A stretch of 64,000 bases of DNA from Candidatus Peregrinibacteria bacterium (GCA_016934215.1 JAFGTE010000028.1:2672-66671), one strand, 5' to 3'. Positions 30,411-41,224 are shown, numbered from the stretch's first letter. The notes: generated from the letters alone by a model not told the origin. Translations and numbers: made by a program.

Positions 30411-33067
30411 ATACCGGCTCCGTGACATTTCTTATACTTCTTCCCGCTGCCGCAGGGGCAGGGGTCGTTTCGGCCGACGTTGGCGTATTTTGAACTGAGT
30501 GCCTGAGGTGCGTTCGCGGAAATGCGCCGGACAACGGCATTCTGAGCCGCGGAACCGGCGGCGGGAGAACTGCCCTGATGCATACGCGTGCTGGTGATAT
30601 TACCTTCGATGGCGTCCGCGTTGGTTTGCAGGTTTTCCAGAGGTTCGGCCTGAGGCGGAGGAGGAGCTTCCGTTTTGATCTGAAGTTTAAAGAGGGTGTT
30701 GACGATGTTGTGCTGAATGGATCCAAGTAATTGGGTAAAAAGTTGATAGGCATCCTGTTTATATTCCATCAGGGGATCCCGTTGACCATAACCGCGCAGG
30801 GAAACAGATTCCCTAAGGTGGGTCATCTGGTCGATGTGTTCCATCCACAGCGTATCCACCACCCGAAGGGCGATCTGCCGCTCCACATTGCGCAGGATCT
30901 TGGGGTCCGGCAGAGCTTCTTCTTTGAGCTGATATTCTCCAAGCAGAATATTGCTCAGGTTTTCCATCAGGGTCTCGGTATCTTCGATCTTATCGAAATC
31001 CGCGGTATCGAGCTTCTTCTGTTTGTGCGGCATCAGGGCGTTGAGGGATTTGACCATGCCGTCAAGGTCCCAGTCACTGCGGTTCGGGCTGGAAGTGTGC
31101 AGGGTGACCAGATGATGAGCTTCATCCGCCATCATCTTTTTGATTTCGGCGGAAATGTCTTCGGCAGACAGAACTTTGAGGCGGCGGGCATAAATGATTT
31201 CGCGATGCTTATTCATCACGTCATCATATTCCAACAAATGTTTCCGAATATCGAAGTTATGGCCTTCTACGCGTTTTTGAGCTGATTCGATACTGCGGGT
31301 AATCAGGCTGTTTTCAATGGGGGTATCATCGTCGATGCCAAGGCGTTCCATCATGCCCTTGATACGATCGGAACCGAAAAGACGCATCAGGTCATCATCC
31401 ATAGAAATATAAAAACGGCTGTAACCAGGGTCTCCCTGACGGCCGGAGCGGCCGCGGAGCTGATTGTCGATACGGCGGGAATCATGCCGTTCCGTACCGA
31501 TAATGGCCAGACCGCCGAGGTCTTTCACGCCTTCGCCCAGCTTGATGTCGGTACCGCGGCCGGCCATATTGGTGGCAATAGTCACCGCACTCTTTTTACC
31601 GGCAAGCGCAACGATTTCAGCTTCACGTTCATGGTGTTTGGCATTGAGCACTTCGTGCTTCACGCCGGAAAGTCTGAGCATCTTAGAGAGCATTTCCGAG
31701 GTTTCCACGCTCACCGTGCCCACGAGGACCGGCTGCCCCTTTTCATTCAGTTCCTTGATGGCTTTGACCACGTTATTCCATTTGCCGCGGGCATTCTTAT
31801 AAATCAGATCAGGATGATCGGTGCGGGCTATGGGCTTATTGGTGGGGATGACCATGGTTTCCAGTCCGTAGATCTTAAAAAACTCCTCTTCTTCAGTTTT
31901 GGCTGTACCGGTCATGCCGGCCAACTTTGCATAAAGGCGGAAGAAGTTCTGGAAAGTAACGGTGGCCAAAGTTTTGCTCTCGCGTTTCACTTCCACGTTC
32001 TCTTTGGCTTCGATGGCCTGATGCAGCCCGTCAGAGTAGCAACGGCCGGGCATCAAACGCCCTGTAAACTCATCCACAATGATAATCTCGTCGTCTTTGA
32101 CAATATAATCCCGGTCGCGCATAAAAAGAGCTTTTGATTTGAGCGCCTGTTCGATGTGATGGACCTCGGTAAAACCGGCTTCCGTGTAAATATTCTCCAC
32201 GCCCAGCAGCTGTTCCATTTTAGCAATACCCGGTTCCGTCAGGGTCACATTCCGGCCTTTTTCATCCACATTGTAGTGTTCGTCAGGTATCAGCTGAGTG
32301 ACCAGACGGGAATACTGGTAGTATTTGTCCGTGGATTCTTCGGCAGGGGCTGAAATAATCAGCGGCGTGCGGCTTTCATCAATCAAAATGGAGTCTACTT
32401 CGTCCACAATGGCATAGTGAAGCGATCGCTGGACACGATTTTCCAGTTTGGTGGCCATATTGTCACGCAGATAGTCAAAGCCGAATTCATTGTTCGTGCC
32501 GTAAGTTACATCCGCACCATATGCTTCCTGTCTTTCTTCAGGACTTAAACCATGGACAATCACGCCAACGGAGAGTCCCAAATACTTATAAATCACCCCC
32601 ATCCATTCAGCGTCACGCTTGGCCAGATAGTCGTTCACGGTCACCAGGTGAGCCCCCTTTTTTGCGAGAGCGTTCAGGTAAAGCGCCAAACTGGCTACCA
32701 GCGTTTTACCTTCACCGGTGCGCATTTCTGCAATTTTACCTTCGTGAAGCATGATACCGCCGATCAGCTGAACGTCATAAGGAATCATGTCCCATTCCTT
32801 TTCGTCTTTTCCCAGTTGAAACTTTGTGCCCATCAGCCGGCGACAGGCATTTTTAACCACCGCAAAAGCTTCGACCATAATGTCGTCAGTCGATTCACCC
32901 TTAGTAAGGCGTTCAATGAATTCCGGTGTTTTACTCTTAAGTTCTTCCTCTGAAAGCGACTGAAATTCTTCCTCCTTCTTGTTGATGGCGTCTACGATGG
33001 GGGCTTTCTTTCTGAGTTCTTTTTCATTCGCATCCCCGAGAAACCTATTGATAATCTTCTTTAACAT
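30407..33067 (-). CDS. secA: Preprotein translocase ATPase SecA
   Basis: [64 protein letters not shown]. Confidence 0.98.
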   Translation of the reverse strand: MLKKIINRFLGDANEKELRKKAPIVDAINKKEEEFQSLSEEELKSKTPEFIERLTKGESTDDIMVEAFAVVKNACRRLMGTKFQLGKDEKEWDMIPYDVQLIGGIMLHEGKIAEMRTGEGKTLVASLALYLNALAKKGAHLVTVNDYLAKRDAEWMGVIYKYLGLSVGVIVHGLSPEERQEAYGADVTYGTNNEFGFDYLRDNMATKLENRVQRSLHYAIVDEVDSILIDESRTPLIISAPAEESTDKYYQYSRLVTQLIPDEHYNVDEKGRNVTLTEPGIAKMEQLLGVENIYTEAGFTEVHHIEQALKSKALFMRDRDYIVKDDEIIIVDEFTGRLMPGRCYSDGLHQAIEAKENVEVKRESKTLATVTFQNFFRLYAKLAGMTGTAKTEEEEFFKIYGLETMVIPTNKPIARTDHPDLIYKNARGKWNNVVKAIKELNEKGQPVLVGTVSVETSEMLSKMLRLSGVKHEVLNAKHHEREAEIVALAGKKSAVTIATNMAGRGTDIKLGEGVKDLGGLAIIGTERHDSRRIDNQLRGRSGRQGDPGYSRFYISMDDDLMRLFGSDRIKGMMERLGIDDDTPIENSLITRSIESAQKRVEGHNFDIRKHLLEYDDVMNKHREIIYARRLKVLSAEDISAEIKKMMADEAHHLVTLHTSSPNRSDWDLDGMVKSLNALMPHKQKKLDTADFDKIEDTETLMENLSNILLGEYQLKEEALPDPKILRNVERQIALRVVDTLWMEHIDQMTHLRESVSLRGYGQRDPLMEYKQDAYQLFTQLLGSIQHNIVNTLFKLQIKTEAPPPPQAEPLENLQTNADAIEGNITSTRMHQGSSPAAGSAAQNAVVRRISANAPQALSSKYANVGRNDPCPCGSGKKYKKCHGAGI

Positions 33068-33121
33068 GGGCGGCTTGGGATTTTTTTGTTTGCCAAATGA
33101 TTATAGGTAAAACGAGCGGAA

Positions 33122-33150
33122 TTGACAAACAAAAGACATTTTTGTAGAAT
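33122..33150 (+). promoter_or_regulatory. Sigma70 promoter TTGACA-N17-TAGAAT
   Basis: Near-consensus hexamers 30 nt before the 33180 ORF. Confidence 0.65.
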
Positions 33151-33179
33151 TCGAGCACTGTTTCCAAAACAATTAGGAT

Positions 33180-34994
33180 ATGAACTACTATCAATACAAG
33201 CGAAAGGCGCCTCGCTCAAAGGTTACCGACTTTATCAAGCCTTTTTTGGTGATTGTCATTTTTTTGGGGGTCATCGTTGCAGGCTGGAAGTTTCTGGGGC
33301 CCAGTCTGATGGGGGGAGGAGAACTGCTTTCCAGTGAAAAAGTTTATCTGGATATTGAAACCGGAAGTGCCAGGGCCATGACGGCAGGCGGGAATGAATG
33401 GAGCAATGTGCTAAACGGTATTTATTTATACGAAGGGGAAAAACTTAAATCAACGTCTGATGGCCGTATCACACTGACTTTTTTTGAAAAAGATATGGTA
33501 CGTCTCGATAAAAGCACCGAAGTTAAATTTGCCAGTCTGAACCGTGACGCGGTGGGCGGTCAGGCTACGATTGAGGTGACCGACGGAAAATTATGGGTAA
33601 TTATCGATAAGAGCGGACCTACGATTTCAGAATTTACGATTGATACCGGCCTGCTCAAACTCAGATCCAGCGGAGGAACCTTTGCCCTGACCTATCCTGG
33701 TATGGTTTACGTTCTGGATGGTTCGGTGAAGGCGGACATTCTGAATGAAAAGGATATCGTTAAATCTTTGACCATAGGAGTGGGGCAGGAATTGATTGTG
33801 GATAAAACCATGGCGGCAGATCTCGCAGAAGGAATTGAAAAAGAAGTGATCTTCGCATTGGACGATGCTTTTAAAAGTTCCAACTGGTATCGCTGGAATC
33901 AGCAGCAGGAAGGAGCGGTAGAGCTGGAAGAGGAAGCAGCATCAGAGGAAGTGACTTCTGAGGATGCAGCAGAAACAACGGACGAAGAAACAATGGACGA
34001 AGAAACAACGGCAGAAGAAGAAGTGACAGAAGAAGAGGAAGAAATAGATTTAAACGACAAAGAACCGCCAACCGTTCCGCAGATCGAAATACCTGGTAAC
34101 AATGGTGATACCGTCGCACTGGAAGACGTGAAACAGGATATTAAGGGCTCAGTCAGCAGCGACACTGAAAAGGTTATTGTCAACGATTACACACTCAGTC
34201 GTTACGTTTCCGGATCCAAAGAATTCCGTTATACAGCGAATATAGCTTTTGGAAACCTTGAAGTGGGTGACAATGACTATGAAGTGATCGCTGTGGACAA
34301 GAACGGCAACAAGAGTGAAACTGCAACGATCACGTTAGTCCTGTCTCAGGAAGTTTATGACAAAGCCAAAGAAGAGGAAGGGGAAGCAGAAGAGTCAGAA
34401 CCAGAAAACAGCACACCTACCGCCAGTTCCAGTGGTGGGGTTAAAATCACGTCACCCAATAATGGTGAAAATATGGTAACCAGTGAAACTTCGTTCGAGA
34501 TCAAAGGATCCGTTCCGGAGGGGACGGCTAAAGTGGTCGTCAACGATTACACATTATCTGCTTTTTCTGAGGGTAATACGACATTTCTGTATCGCGCGAG
34601 CAGCACACTGGGCAATCTCGAAATCGGTGAACTCAACACCTATACCATAAAAGCCTATGATCCTGACGATGAACTACTTGGTTCAGCCAGTATGACGATT
34701 GATGTGGAAAGCGGTACTAATGGTGAGGGCGGGGCACCAACCATAACGATACCGACCAGTGCTACCACTTACTCAACCACTCTCGATCAACTCATGATCG
34801 GTGGAGCTGTCGGAAAATGGATCACCCGTGTAAAGATCAACGGAGCCAATCTTGATTCTTATATTCCAGGTTCGGAAGAATGGAAAAAGACCGTCACCCT
34901 GGAGTCAGGAGATAATACTTTTGAAGTCTGCGCCGAAAAAGATAGTGAACAGCAAGGCTGCAGCTCAATCACGATCAACTATCAGGGACAGTAA
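33180..34994 (+). CDS. Membrane-anchored FecR-like domain protein with acidic linker and Ig-like repeats
   Basis: TM helix, FecR-like beta domain (VRLDKST.V, G.LWV, V.VL.GSV), Glu-rich linker, three related beta-rich repeats. Confidence 0.7.
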   Translation: MNYYQYKRKAPRSKVTDFIKPFLVIVIFLGVIVAGWKFLGPSLMGGGELLSSEKVYLDIETGSARAMTAGGNEWSNVLNGIYLYEGEKLKSTSDGRITLTFFEKDMVRLDKSTEVKFASLNRDAVGGQATIEVTDGKLWVIIDKSGPTISEFTIDTGLLKLRSSGGTFALTYPGMVYVLDGSVKADILNEKDIVKSLTIGVGQELIVDKTMAADLAEGIEKEVIFALDDAFKSSNWYRWNQQQEGAVELEEEAASEEVTSEDAAETTDEETMDEETTAEEEVTEEEEEIDLNDKEPPTVPQIEIPGNNGDTVALEDVKQDIKGSVSSDTEKVIVNDYTLSRYVSGSKEFRYTANIAFGNLEVGDNDYEVIAVDKNGNKSETATITLVLSQEVYDKAKEEEGEAEESEPENSTPTASSSGGVKITSPNNGENMVTSETSFEIKGSVPEGTAKVVVNDYTLSAFSEGNTTFLYRASSTLGNLEIGELNTYTIKAYDPDDELLGSASMTIDVESGTNGEGGAPTITIPTSATTYSTTLDQLMIGGAVGKWITRVKINGANLDSYIPGSEEWKKTVTLESGDNTFEVCAEKDSEQQGCSSITINYQGQ

Positions 34995-35012
34995 TTAAAA
35001 GAAGAAAGCAGC

Positions 35013-35297
35013 CTATTTTGGATTTGAAAGCTCAAAGATATCTTTGAGTCGCGGGCCGATGACAGCGACACGGCTGCCGCGCATTTTTTCGAATTGGCGC
35101 TTGTCCATCCATCGGTTAAAAAGCTGGGCCAGGTCCTGATCGCCGATATAAAAACCGGCGCCTCTCTGAGTGCATAGAGCTTTTAAAAAGACCCTGACAA
35201 GGGTGCCCAGTGGGAGACCGAGTTTATCCGCCTTCCATTTGGCGGTTTCATAAAGCCCGATATCCAGGCGGATATTGATTTGTTTGTACTTCTTCAT
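35013..35297 (-). CDS. Small ribbon-helix-helix (RelB/DinJ-like) DNA-binding protein
   Basis: QINIRLD..LY..AK..A..LGL.L..LVR.FL fits the RHH pattern. Confidence 0.6.
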   Translation of the reverse strand: MKKYKQINIRLDIGLYETAKWKADKLGLPLGTLVRVFLKALCTQRGAGFYIGDQDLAQLFNRWMDKRQFEKMRGSRVAVIGPRLKDIFELSNPK

Positions 35298-35341
35298 AGT
35301 GTCGTGACCTTTAGGATATAACGTATTTTTCACACTATACA

Positions 35342-35451
35342 AATTACTAGTAAAAAGCTAGAAATTATCACTCTTTAAAAAAACCAATTGGCTTGCATTA
35401 GCCAAATTCACAAAAAAGAACTACAGAATTTCTAGTAATATGCTAGAAATT
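35342..35451. promoter_or_regulatory. Two dyad operators AATTWCTAG-N7-CTAGAAATT
   Basis: Copies at 35342-35366 and 35427-35451, upstream of the RHH gene. Confidence 0.65.
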
Positions 35452-35491
35452 TGTATAGTGTTTCAAAAAGAAACAGAGGGGGTATCTCACT

Positions 35492-36484
35492 TTAGTGAAT
35501 ATAACGTGCTTTGTTCACATTATGCTCATCCAGCGTTTTCGCGTAATGGATCACGCCGTCCGAATCATGCAGGTAATACCAGTAGTCGGTGTCTTCAGGG
35601 TATAAAGCGGCATGAATGCTAGTAATGCTGGGATTACAGATAGGTGTGGGAGGAAGTCCAGCGTATTTTCGCGTATTATACGGCGAATCGGACTGTAAAT
35701 CCTCGTAAGAAAGGCCTCCGCTCGTGCGACCGAGGCCATAAAGCACCGTGGCGTCCGCTCCCAGACCGATATCGGCATCAAAACGGTTCCATAGGATGCC
35801 AGCGACGGTAGGACGCTCGGCGGGATCCCGCTCTTCCCGTTCTACAATCGAAGCCATGATCATAATGTCTTCAAAAGAACGCGGAGAAGCGTTGATAGCT
35901 TCCCAGTCCTCGTCGCTGAGTTTATTCTTAAACGTATTCAAAAGACGGTTAATGAGCGCTTCATCACTGTATTGATCCGGATTTACAAAATAGGTATCCG
36001 GGTAAAGATAGCCTTCCAGATACCCCTCAGGAATAAAATTGAAGTCAAATTCACATTCCTCGAGGCATTTCATAAAATCCTCGGCAGTGGTCAGTTCCTC
36101 TATTTCCAGCTTTTCCGCAATCTGCCGGGTGGTCCAGCCTTCCAGCAGGGTGAGCACCACTTCAGATGATTTTCCGCTCGCCAGAATCTCGACAATCCGG
36201 GCCATGTCATCACTTTCCCGGAAAACAAAACGGCCCGCTTTAAGCTCATTACTTAAATCATTCTGCCGGAGATAAAAGTTGAAGGCAGTCGGACTTTTAA
36301 TCAGTCCTTTTTCATAAAGCAGGTCAGCCACTTCACTGCCGGTGGCTCCTTCAGGCACCGTAACCGTCACGCGGTTGGCACTGGAAGGATTGAGGGCATA
36401 ATGGATCGCTGATGAATAACCACCGTAAAGAAGAAAAACCGCGCCCAAAACCAATACCAGGACTAGGATAAGTATTTTTTTCAT
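35492..36484 (-). CDS. mltG: Endolytic transglycosylase MltG
   Basis: EGYLYPDTY, ASIVERE, SPYNTR.Y.GLPPTPI.NP. Confidence 0.95.
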   Translation of the reverse strand: MKKILILVLVLVLGAVFLLYGGYSSAIHYALNPSSANRVTVTVPEGATGSEVADLLYEKGLIKSPTAFNFYLRQNDLSNELKAGRFVFRESDDMARIVEILASGKSSEVVLTLLEGWTTRQIAEKLEIEELTTAEDFMKCLEECEFDFNFIPEGYLEGYLYPDTYFVNPDQYSDEALINRLLNTFKNKLSDEDWEAINASPRSFEDIMIMASIVEREERDPAERPTVAGILWNRFDADIGLGADATVLYGLGRTSGGLSYEDLQSDSPYNTRKYAGLPPTPICNPSITSIHAALYPEDTDYWYYLHDSDGVIHYAKTLDEHNVNKARYIH

Positions 36485-36493
36485 AATCTGATG

Positions 36494-36799
36494 TTATTGC
36501 TGTCCTCCGCCAAAAAGTCCGCCCATACCGCCCATCACGTCCTTCATTTTATCGGCCGCAATGGCCTGGGATTTTTTGATCGCTTTATTGGCCGCCTCGA
36601 TGAAAGCCTTCCCAATTCGTTTGGTATCGCCCGCAAGTGCTTCAGGAATTTTGGCTTCCAGAAAAGTCTGTTCACCGTTAGCCACCACAATCACGCCATC
36701 CGCCTCTGCTTCAATGTGGATATTCTTCAGTTCTTTTTTGATCTGTTTGGCCTGTTTCTGGAGTTTATAAAGGTCCTTGGCCTGATCCATGAATCCCAT
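36494..36799 (-). CDS. YbaB/EbfC nucleoid-associated protein
   Basis: Q.QA..I..EL, V...G.Q, A.N.A..K pattern, 101 aa. Confidence 0.8.
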   Translation of the reverse strand: MGFMDQAKDLYKLQKQAKQIKKELKNIHIEAEADGVIVVANGEQTFLEAKIPEALAGDTKRIGKAFIEAANKAIKKSQAIAADKMKDVMGGMGGLFGGGQQ

Positions 36800-36925
36800 A
36801 AGAATTTCTGTTTAAGATATATTTCTCAGTCAGTCTAACATAGCTTTTCCCTTTTAAAAATATTTGCAATCAACCAGGCAGTCGTGTATAAAATATAAGC
36901 TTATTAATAAAAAAGGAGCAAATCA

Positions 36926-37129
36926 ATGATTTACGCGATCAAAAAGCAGAACGAATCCAATGAGAGGCTGATGAGCCGGTTTAAAAAAATCGTCCAGCGC
37001 AGTCGTATCATGGAGACGAAACGAAGTCGTTACCACGAGCAGAAGCCCACTAAAAAGTACATCCGCGAGGCAGCCGTGAAACGTGCACAGTACCGAAAAA
37101 AGCGCGAAAAAGCCAAGTTCTATAGCTAA
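36926..37129 (+). CDS. rpsU: 30S ribosomal protein S21
   Basis: ES.E.L..RFKK.V...........YH..KPT, highly basic, 67 aa. Confidence 0.8.
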   Translation: MIYAIKKQNESNERLMSRFKKIVQRSRIMETKRSRYHEQKPTKKYIREAAVKRAQYRKKREKAKFYS

Positions 37130-37134
37130 ACTGT

Positions 37135-38526
37135 ATGAAAACCCCGATCATTACGATCGTCGGAAGACCCAACGTCGGTAAATCAACCCTCTTCAATAAG
37201 ATCATCGGATCCCGAATCGCCATCACGGCAGAAGAAGCCGGAACCACGAGGGATCGACTTTTTTATAAAGTGCTGCATCCCGTGATTGATTTTTTCTTAG
37301 TCGATACGGGCGGCCTTGAATTTGGAAAAGGGGAAAACTCCATTGAAGATGATATGCAGACCCAGGCCCGGATTGCCATGGAGGAGGGGGATCTGATCCT
37401 TTTTGTGGTGGATGCCAAGGACGGCGTCCATGGCCAGGATCAGAAAGCCGCTGAATACTTGCGTAAAAATGTTCAGAAACCGGTGCTGTTGGTAGTGAAC
37501 AAGTGTGACCAATTTTTGGATGAATCGAAACTGGCTGAATTCTATTCACTGGGTTTGGGGGAACCCCACCAGGTATCAGCACTTCACAAAACAGGCATCG
37601 ATATGCTGGTTGATAATGTGACTCTCTCACTTAGAGAACGTCACTTTATCACAAAAGAAGACAAAACTTATGACAAGATCATAAAATGGGAAGAGGCCCA
37701 CACCCAGGTGGCCATGGTCGGCAAACCGAATGTCGGAAAATCTTCGCTGATTAACGCTATTTTAAATAAAGATAAACTGATTGTTTCTGAAATCCCCGGA
37801 ACGACCCGTGACAGCACGGACAGTCTGATCAAACATGAGGGAAAACTATACAATTTCATCGACACAGCAGGCCTTAAGCGTCCGGGAAAAACCGGAAAAG
37901 GCGTCGAACATTTCAGCGCCCTCAGATCGATGGCATCGATTGAACGATGCGATGTGGCCTTACTGGTGATTGATAGTTCAGAGCCCATTTCCCATCAGGA
38001 TCAGGCCATTGCCAGTTACATAACGGAAGCCGGCAAAGGACTTATGATTTTGATTAATAAGTGGGATATTCCCCTTGATGATATCGACCATTCGGGCGAA
38101 GTCAAAAAAGATGCGGAGACAGCAAAAAGAAATGTCTTCATCACAAAACTCAAACACCGTTTTCCATTCCTTTCCTGGGCCCCCGTCATTTTTACCTCAG
38201 CCGTTACCAAAAAGAATCTCCATATCATTTTTGAACAAATCGATTTAATTATAAATGAGCAGAAAAAACGCATAGCGACGGCAAAACTCAATACTTTTTT
38301 AGAGCAAATGGTGCAGGAGCACCCGCCTACGGGAAAAACCAAAATTAAACCCCGTATCTACTACATCACTCAGGCCGAAATTCAGCCCCCGACTTTTGTG
38401 GCGTTTGTAAATAAAAGATCAGCCTTTCATTTTTCATACGCCAGATACATTGAAAACAGACTGCGGAAAGAATTTCAGTTTACCGGTGTGCCAATAAGAT
38501 TTGAATATCGGGAAAAAGAACGATGA
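37135..38526 (+). CDS. der: Ribosome biogenesis GTPase Der (EngA)
   Basis: Two G domains (GRPNVGKST..DTGG; GKPNVGKSS..DTAG) and a KH-like tail. Confidence 0.97.
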   Translation: MKTPIITIVGRPNVGKSTLFNKIIGSRIAITAEEAGTTRDRLFYKVLHPVIDFFLVDTGGLEFGKGENSIEDDMQTQARIAMEEGDLILFVVDAKDGVHGQDQKAAEYLRKNVQKPVLLVVNKCDQFLDESKLAEFYSLGLGEPHQVSALHKTGIDMLVDNVTLSLRERHFITKEDKTYDKIIKWEEAHTQVAMVGKPNVGKSSLINAILNKDKLIVSEIPGTTRDSTDSLIKHEGKLYNFIDTAGLKRPGKTGKGVEHFSALRSMASIERCDVALLVIDSSEPISHQDQAIASYITEAGKGLMILINKWDIPLDDIDHSGEVKKDAETAKRNVFITKLKHRFPFLSWAPVIFTSAVTKKNLHIIFEQIDLIINEQKKRIATAKLNTFLEQMVQEHPPTGKTKIKPRIYYITQAEIQPPTFVAFVNKRSAFHFSYARYIENRLRKEFQFTGVPIRFEYREKER

Positions 38527-39428
38527 AATACCTTCTGCTGATCTCACAGGCATGGCTCCTGTTTTTTCTGCCGCCGCAGACGCCCGCGCAGCCGGCTCCT
38601 GCTGCTGTTCCCCCTGTCAGCGTGGAGACGAGTCTGGAAGCTAACGAGATGGGGCGCATCCCGATTCTGGAATACCACAGCATCGGCCCCACGGAATACC
38701 GGTGGACGCGCTCGGCCGAAAATTTCAGGAAAGATCTTGAGTGGCTTTATAACAACGATTACGTCCTATTATCGATCGAAGATTACGCGCACGACCGCTA
38801 TCCGATTCCAGCCGGAAAAAAGCCCGTGGTCCTGACGTTTGATGACGGCAAACCGAATCAGTTCCGATATCTGGAAAACGGCGAAATCGATCCGGACTGC
38901 GCCGTAGGTATTCTGGACCGATTCCACGAAGAACATCCTGACTTCGGAACGGCCGCCGTCTTTTATCTGAACCGCTATCCGTTCGGCTCCGTCGCAGAAG
39001 CCCCGCAAAAGCTGGCATACCTCTATCAGACGGGCCGTCAGATCGGCTACCACACACTGGACCACAATGACCTGAGGTATCTGGGTGCCGGAGGCACCCT
39101 GGCCGTACTAAATGAACAAAAGAAGATGCTCGAAAAGTGGATGCCCGAGGGTATGCCCCTGAGCACACTTGCTTACCCCCACGGATGGGGACCGGCCGGG
39201 GACCGTCAGGAGCTGTCGGCGATGATCTCCGTCGGTCTGCTTATCGGGGCTGAACCGGCTTATCCGCTTTACCACGAAAAAGCCGATCCCTATCGCACCC
39301 CCCGGATCCAGGCCATCGACGACGAGTGGCTCCGGCATTTTGGAAGGCCTGCCGGCACAATCGAAAAACAGGACCATCCCGAAAAATTCGACGTCTTTGT
39401 CAGCGACGGCATAACCGATGAAATTTAA
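38523..39428 (+). CDS. Exported polysaccharide deacetylase family protein
   Basis: Signal peptide, IPILEYH, VLTFDDG, HT..H, AYP.G. Confidence 0.85.
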   Translation: MKYLLLISQAWLLFFLPPQTPAQPAPAAVPPVSVETSLEANEMGRIPILEYHSIGPTEYRWTRSAENFRKDLEWLYNNDYVLLSIEDYAHDRYPIPAGKKPVVLTFDDGKPNQFRYLENGEIDPDCAVGILDRFHEEHPDFGTAAVFYLNRYPFGSVAEAPQKLAYLYQTGRQIGYHTLDHNDLRYLGAGGTLAVLNEQKKMLEKWMPEGMPLSTLAYPHGWGPAGDRQELSAMISVGLLIGAEPAYPLYHEKADPYRTPRIQAIDDEWLRHFGRPAGTIEKQDHPEKFDVFVSDGITDEI

Positions 39429-39524
39429 ATACCGGGAAATTTGTCAGGCATTCAGATAGTGGAAAGGGCCTTCCGATGTGAAGTCAGAAGAGCCCTGTTA
39501 CCTGGCCGCGGAGAGGGGAAACCC

Positions 39525-39701
39525 CTACTTGCAGTCCAGGCCGATGGTGCCCGCGTACCCGCAGGCCTTCTCGACGGTCTTGCCCTGGCTCTTGGCGAAG
39601 GACGTGATGGTGTCCTTGTGGGGCCAGACGAAGGTACCGATCGAAATCAGCGCTGCGGTGAGGCCGATCAGGCCGATCACAAACTTTCCAAGCTTGAACA
39701 T
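39525..39701 (-). CDS. Small membrane protein (58 aa)
   Basis: GGAGGTG Shine-Dalgarno before the ATG, N-terminal TM, two C-terminal Cys; TTGACA upstream and a hairpin downstream. Confidence 0.6.
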   Translation of the reverse strand: MFKLGKFVIGLIGLTAALISIGTFVWPHKDTITSFAKSQGKTVEKACGYAGTIGLDCK

Positions 39702-39834
39702 TTCACCTCCTTGGTAGGGGCGGACAAAAGATAAACTAACACAAAAATAAATATTTGTCAATTAATAGAGAAAAACCGGCAACCGCTTGTTGGAGAATTG
39801 ACCTATACCTATATATTATGGTATAATATTAAGA

Positions 39835-40665
39835 ATGACACAAAAACTTCAGGAACTCACCGTACAGCTCCTTCAGGAGCTTCAAAAAAATGAAGGCCTT
39901 GATCCGGCTATTAAAGATGAGCTCGAAGCATTACTGCATGAAGAAACGGGACACATATCCAAAAAAGAAGAATTAGGAGAGTTTCCGAAAATGCTCAATT
40001 TAAAAGGGCAGTACGTCGAAAGGCTCAGTACTTTAAGACATTACGGGCTGATCGGTACAGATGCTCCGTTCAACCCCGAAAGAGTTCAGCCGCCTGCCTA
40101 CGACACAGTGCGCGACAGTTTTAGCAAAGAGGAACTTGAATATGCGCTTACTTTCAGTCAGCCTACCTTACTGATCATTCCTGAAGTTTCTTTGAGTGTA
40201 AAAATAAAAGCGCTGGAATCCTGTAAAGAAAAAGTGCTTAAACACGAAACATACATCCACGAAGATTACAAAAAAACGGATATTCAGTCAGACAAGATAG
40301 TGGGATGGCGAGCGGTAATTGTGGATGGAATTCCGGAAATGGGAACAGTGCTTGGCGATGATATTAATGCAAAATTCGGAAGTCGTATCAGAAAAAGAAA
40401 CAATGAACGTCACGAACTTGATAAAGGGATGGATCGTCACAAATACTGTCAGCTGATGATGGAATCGGTCAGAGCAGGCAGTCCCATCGATCAAAAAATG
40501 TTTACCTTACTTGATACAGATCCTGCCTTTAACATAGAAAACGTCCCGGCAGGGGATTATGATCTGAATAATAACTGGGTCCGGTTTAATTTAAAGGCTC
40601 CGGATGACATTAATGTATGTGCCCGATTTCGACCCTCTGTCGGAGGTTACAAAATACTTAAATAG
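39835..40665 (+). CDS. Hypothetical protein, possible C-type-lectin-like fold
   Basis: 276 aa with own promoter; C-terminus VRF....PD.....RFRPSVGG. Confidence 0.6.
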   Translation: MTQKLQELTVQLLQELQKNEGLDPAIKDELEALLHEETGHISKKEELGEFPKMLNLKGQYVERLSTLRHYGLIGTDAPFNPERVQPPAYDTVRDSFSKEELEYALTFSQPTLLIIPEVSLSVKIKALESCKEKVLKHETYIHEDYKKTDIQSDKIVGWRAVIVDGIPEMGTVLGDDINAKFGSRIRKRNNERHELDKGMDRHKYCQLMMESVRAGSPIDQKMFTLLDTDPAFNIENVPAGDYDLNNNWVRFNLKAPDDINVCARFRPSVGGYKILK

Positions 40666-40666
40666 G

Positions 40667-41224
40667 CTATAGACTTTCCAGATAGGCTTTGAAAGTATCG
40701 ACGCCATTCCACCTCACCTGCTGGCCGTTCACGTAAAAAGTGGGTGTGCCGGGAAGACCGCGGCGGGTTCCTTCCGCCAGCTGAGACATGATTTTATCTT
40801 TAAATTCATGATTTTCCAGGCACACATCAAACTTGCTTCGGTCTAAATTTAACGAATCAGCAACATTATAAAGATAATCTTCCGATATGCTCGACTGATT
40901 TGCATATAAGGTATTCAGGTAGTCAAAAAATTTACCCTGATCACCGGCGCATTCAGAAGCTTCGGCTGCAATAAAAGCATACGGATGGTACGAAAGAGGA
41001 AAATGATAATAATCAAACCGGGCCAGATCCGGATTCTCACGCACCATTTCCTCCGCCTGAGGCACTATGATACCGCAGGCAGGACATTGCGGATCAGAAA
41101 ATACTTCAATCAGAACTTTAGCATCTGAATTACCGAGGTGGTGAGGATTCATATCTGCTGTCGACCCCGGGCAAGCTGAGAGAAAGAAAAATGCAACTGG
41201 CAGCAATAAAAATATTTTTTTCAT
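40667..41224 (-). CDS. DsbA/thioredoxin-fold lipoprotein
   Basis: Lipobox LSAC, FSD.QCPAC, HFPL, GTPTFYVNG. Confidence 0.9.
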   Translation of the reverse strand: MKKIFLLLPVAFFFLSACPGSTADMNPHHLGNSDAKVLIEVFSDPQCPACGIIVPQAEEMVRENPDLARFDYYHFPLSYHPYAFIAAEASECAGDQGKFFDYLNTLYANQSSISEDYLYNVADSLNLDRSKFDVCLENHEFKDKIMSQLAEGTRRGLPGTPTFYVNGQQVRWNGVDTFKAYLESL

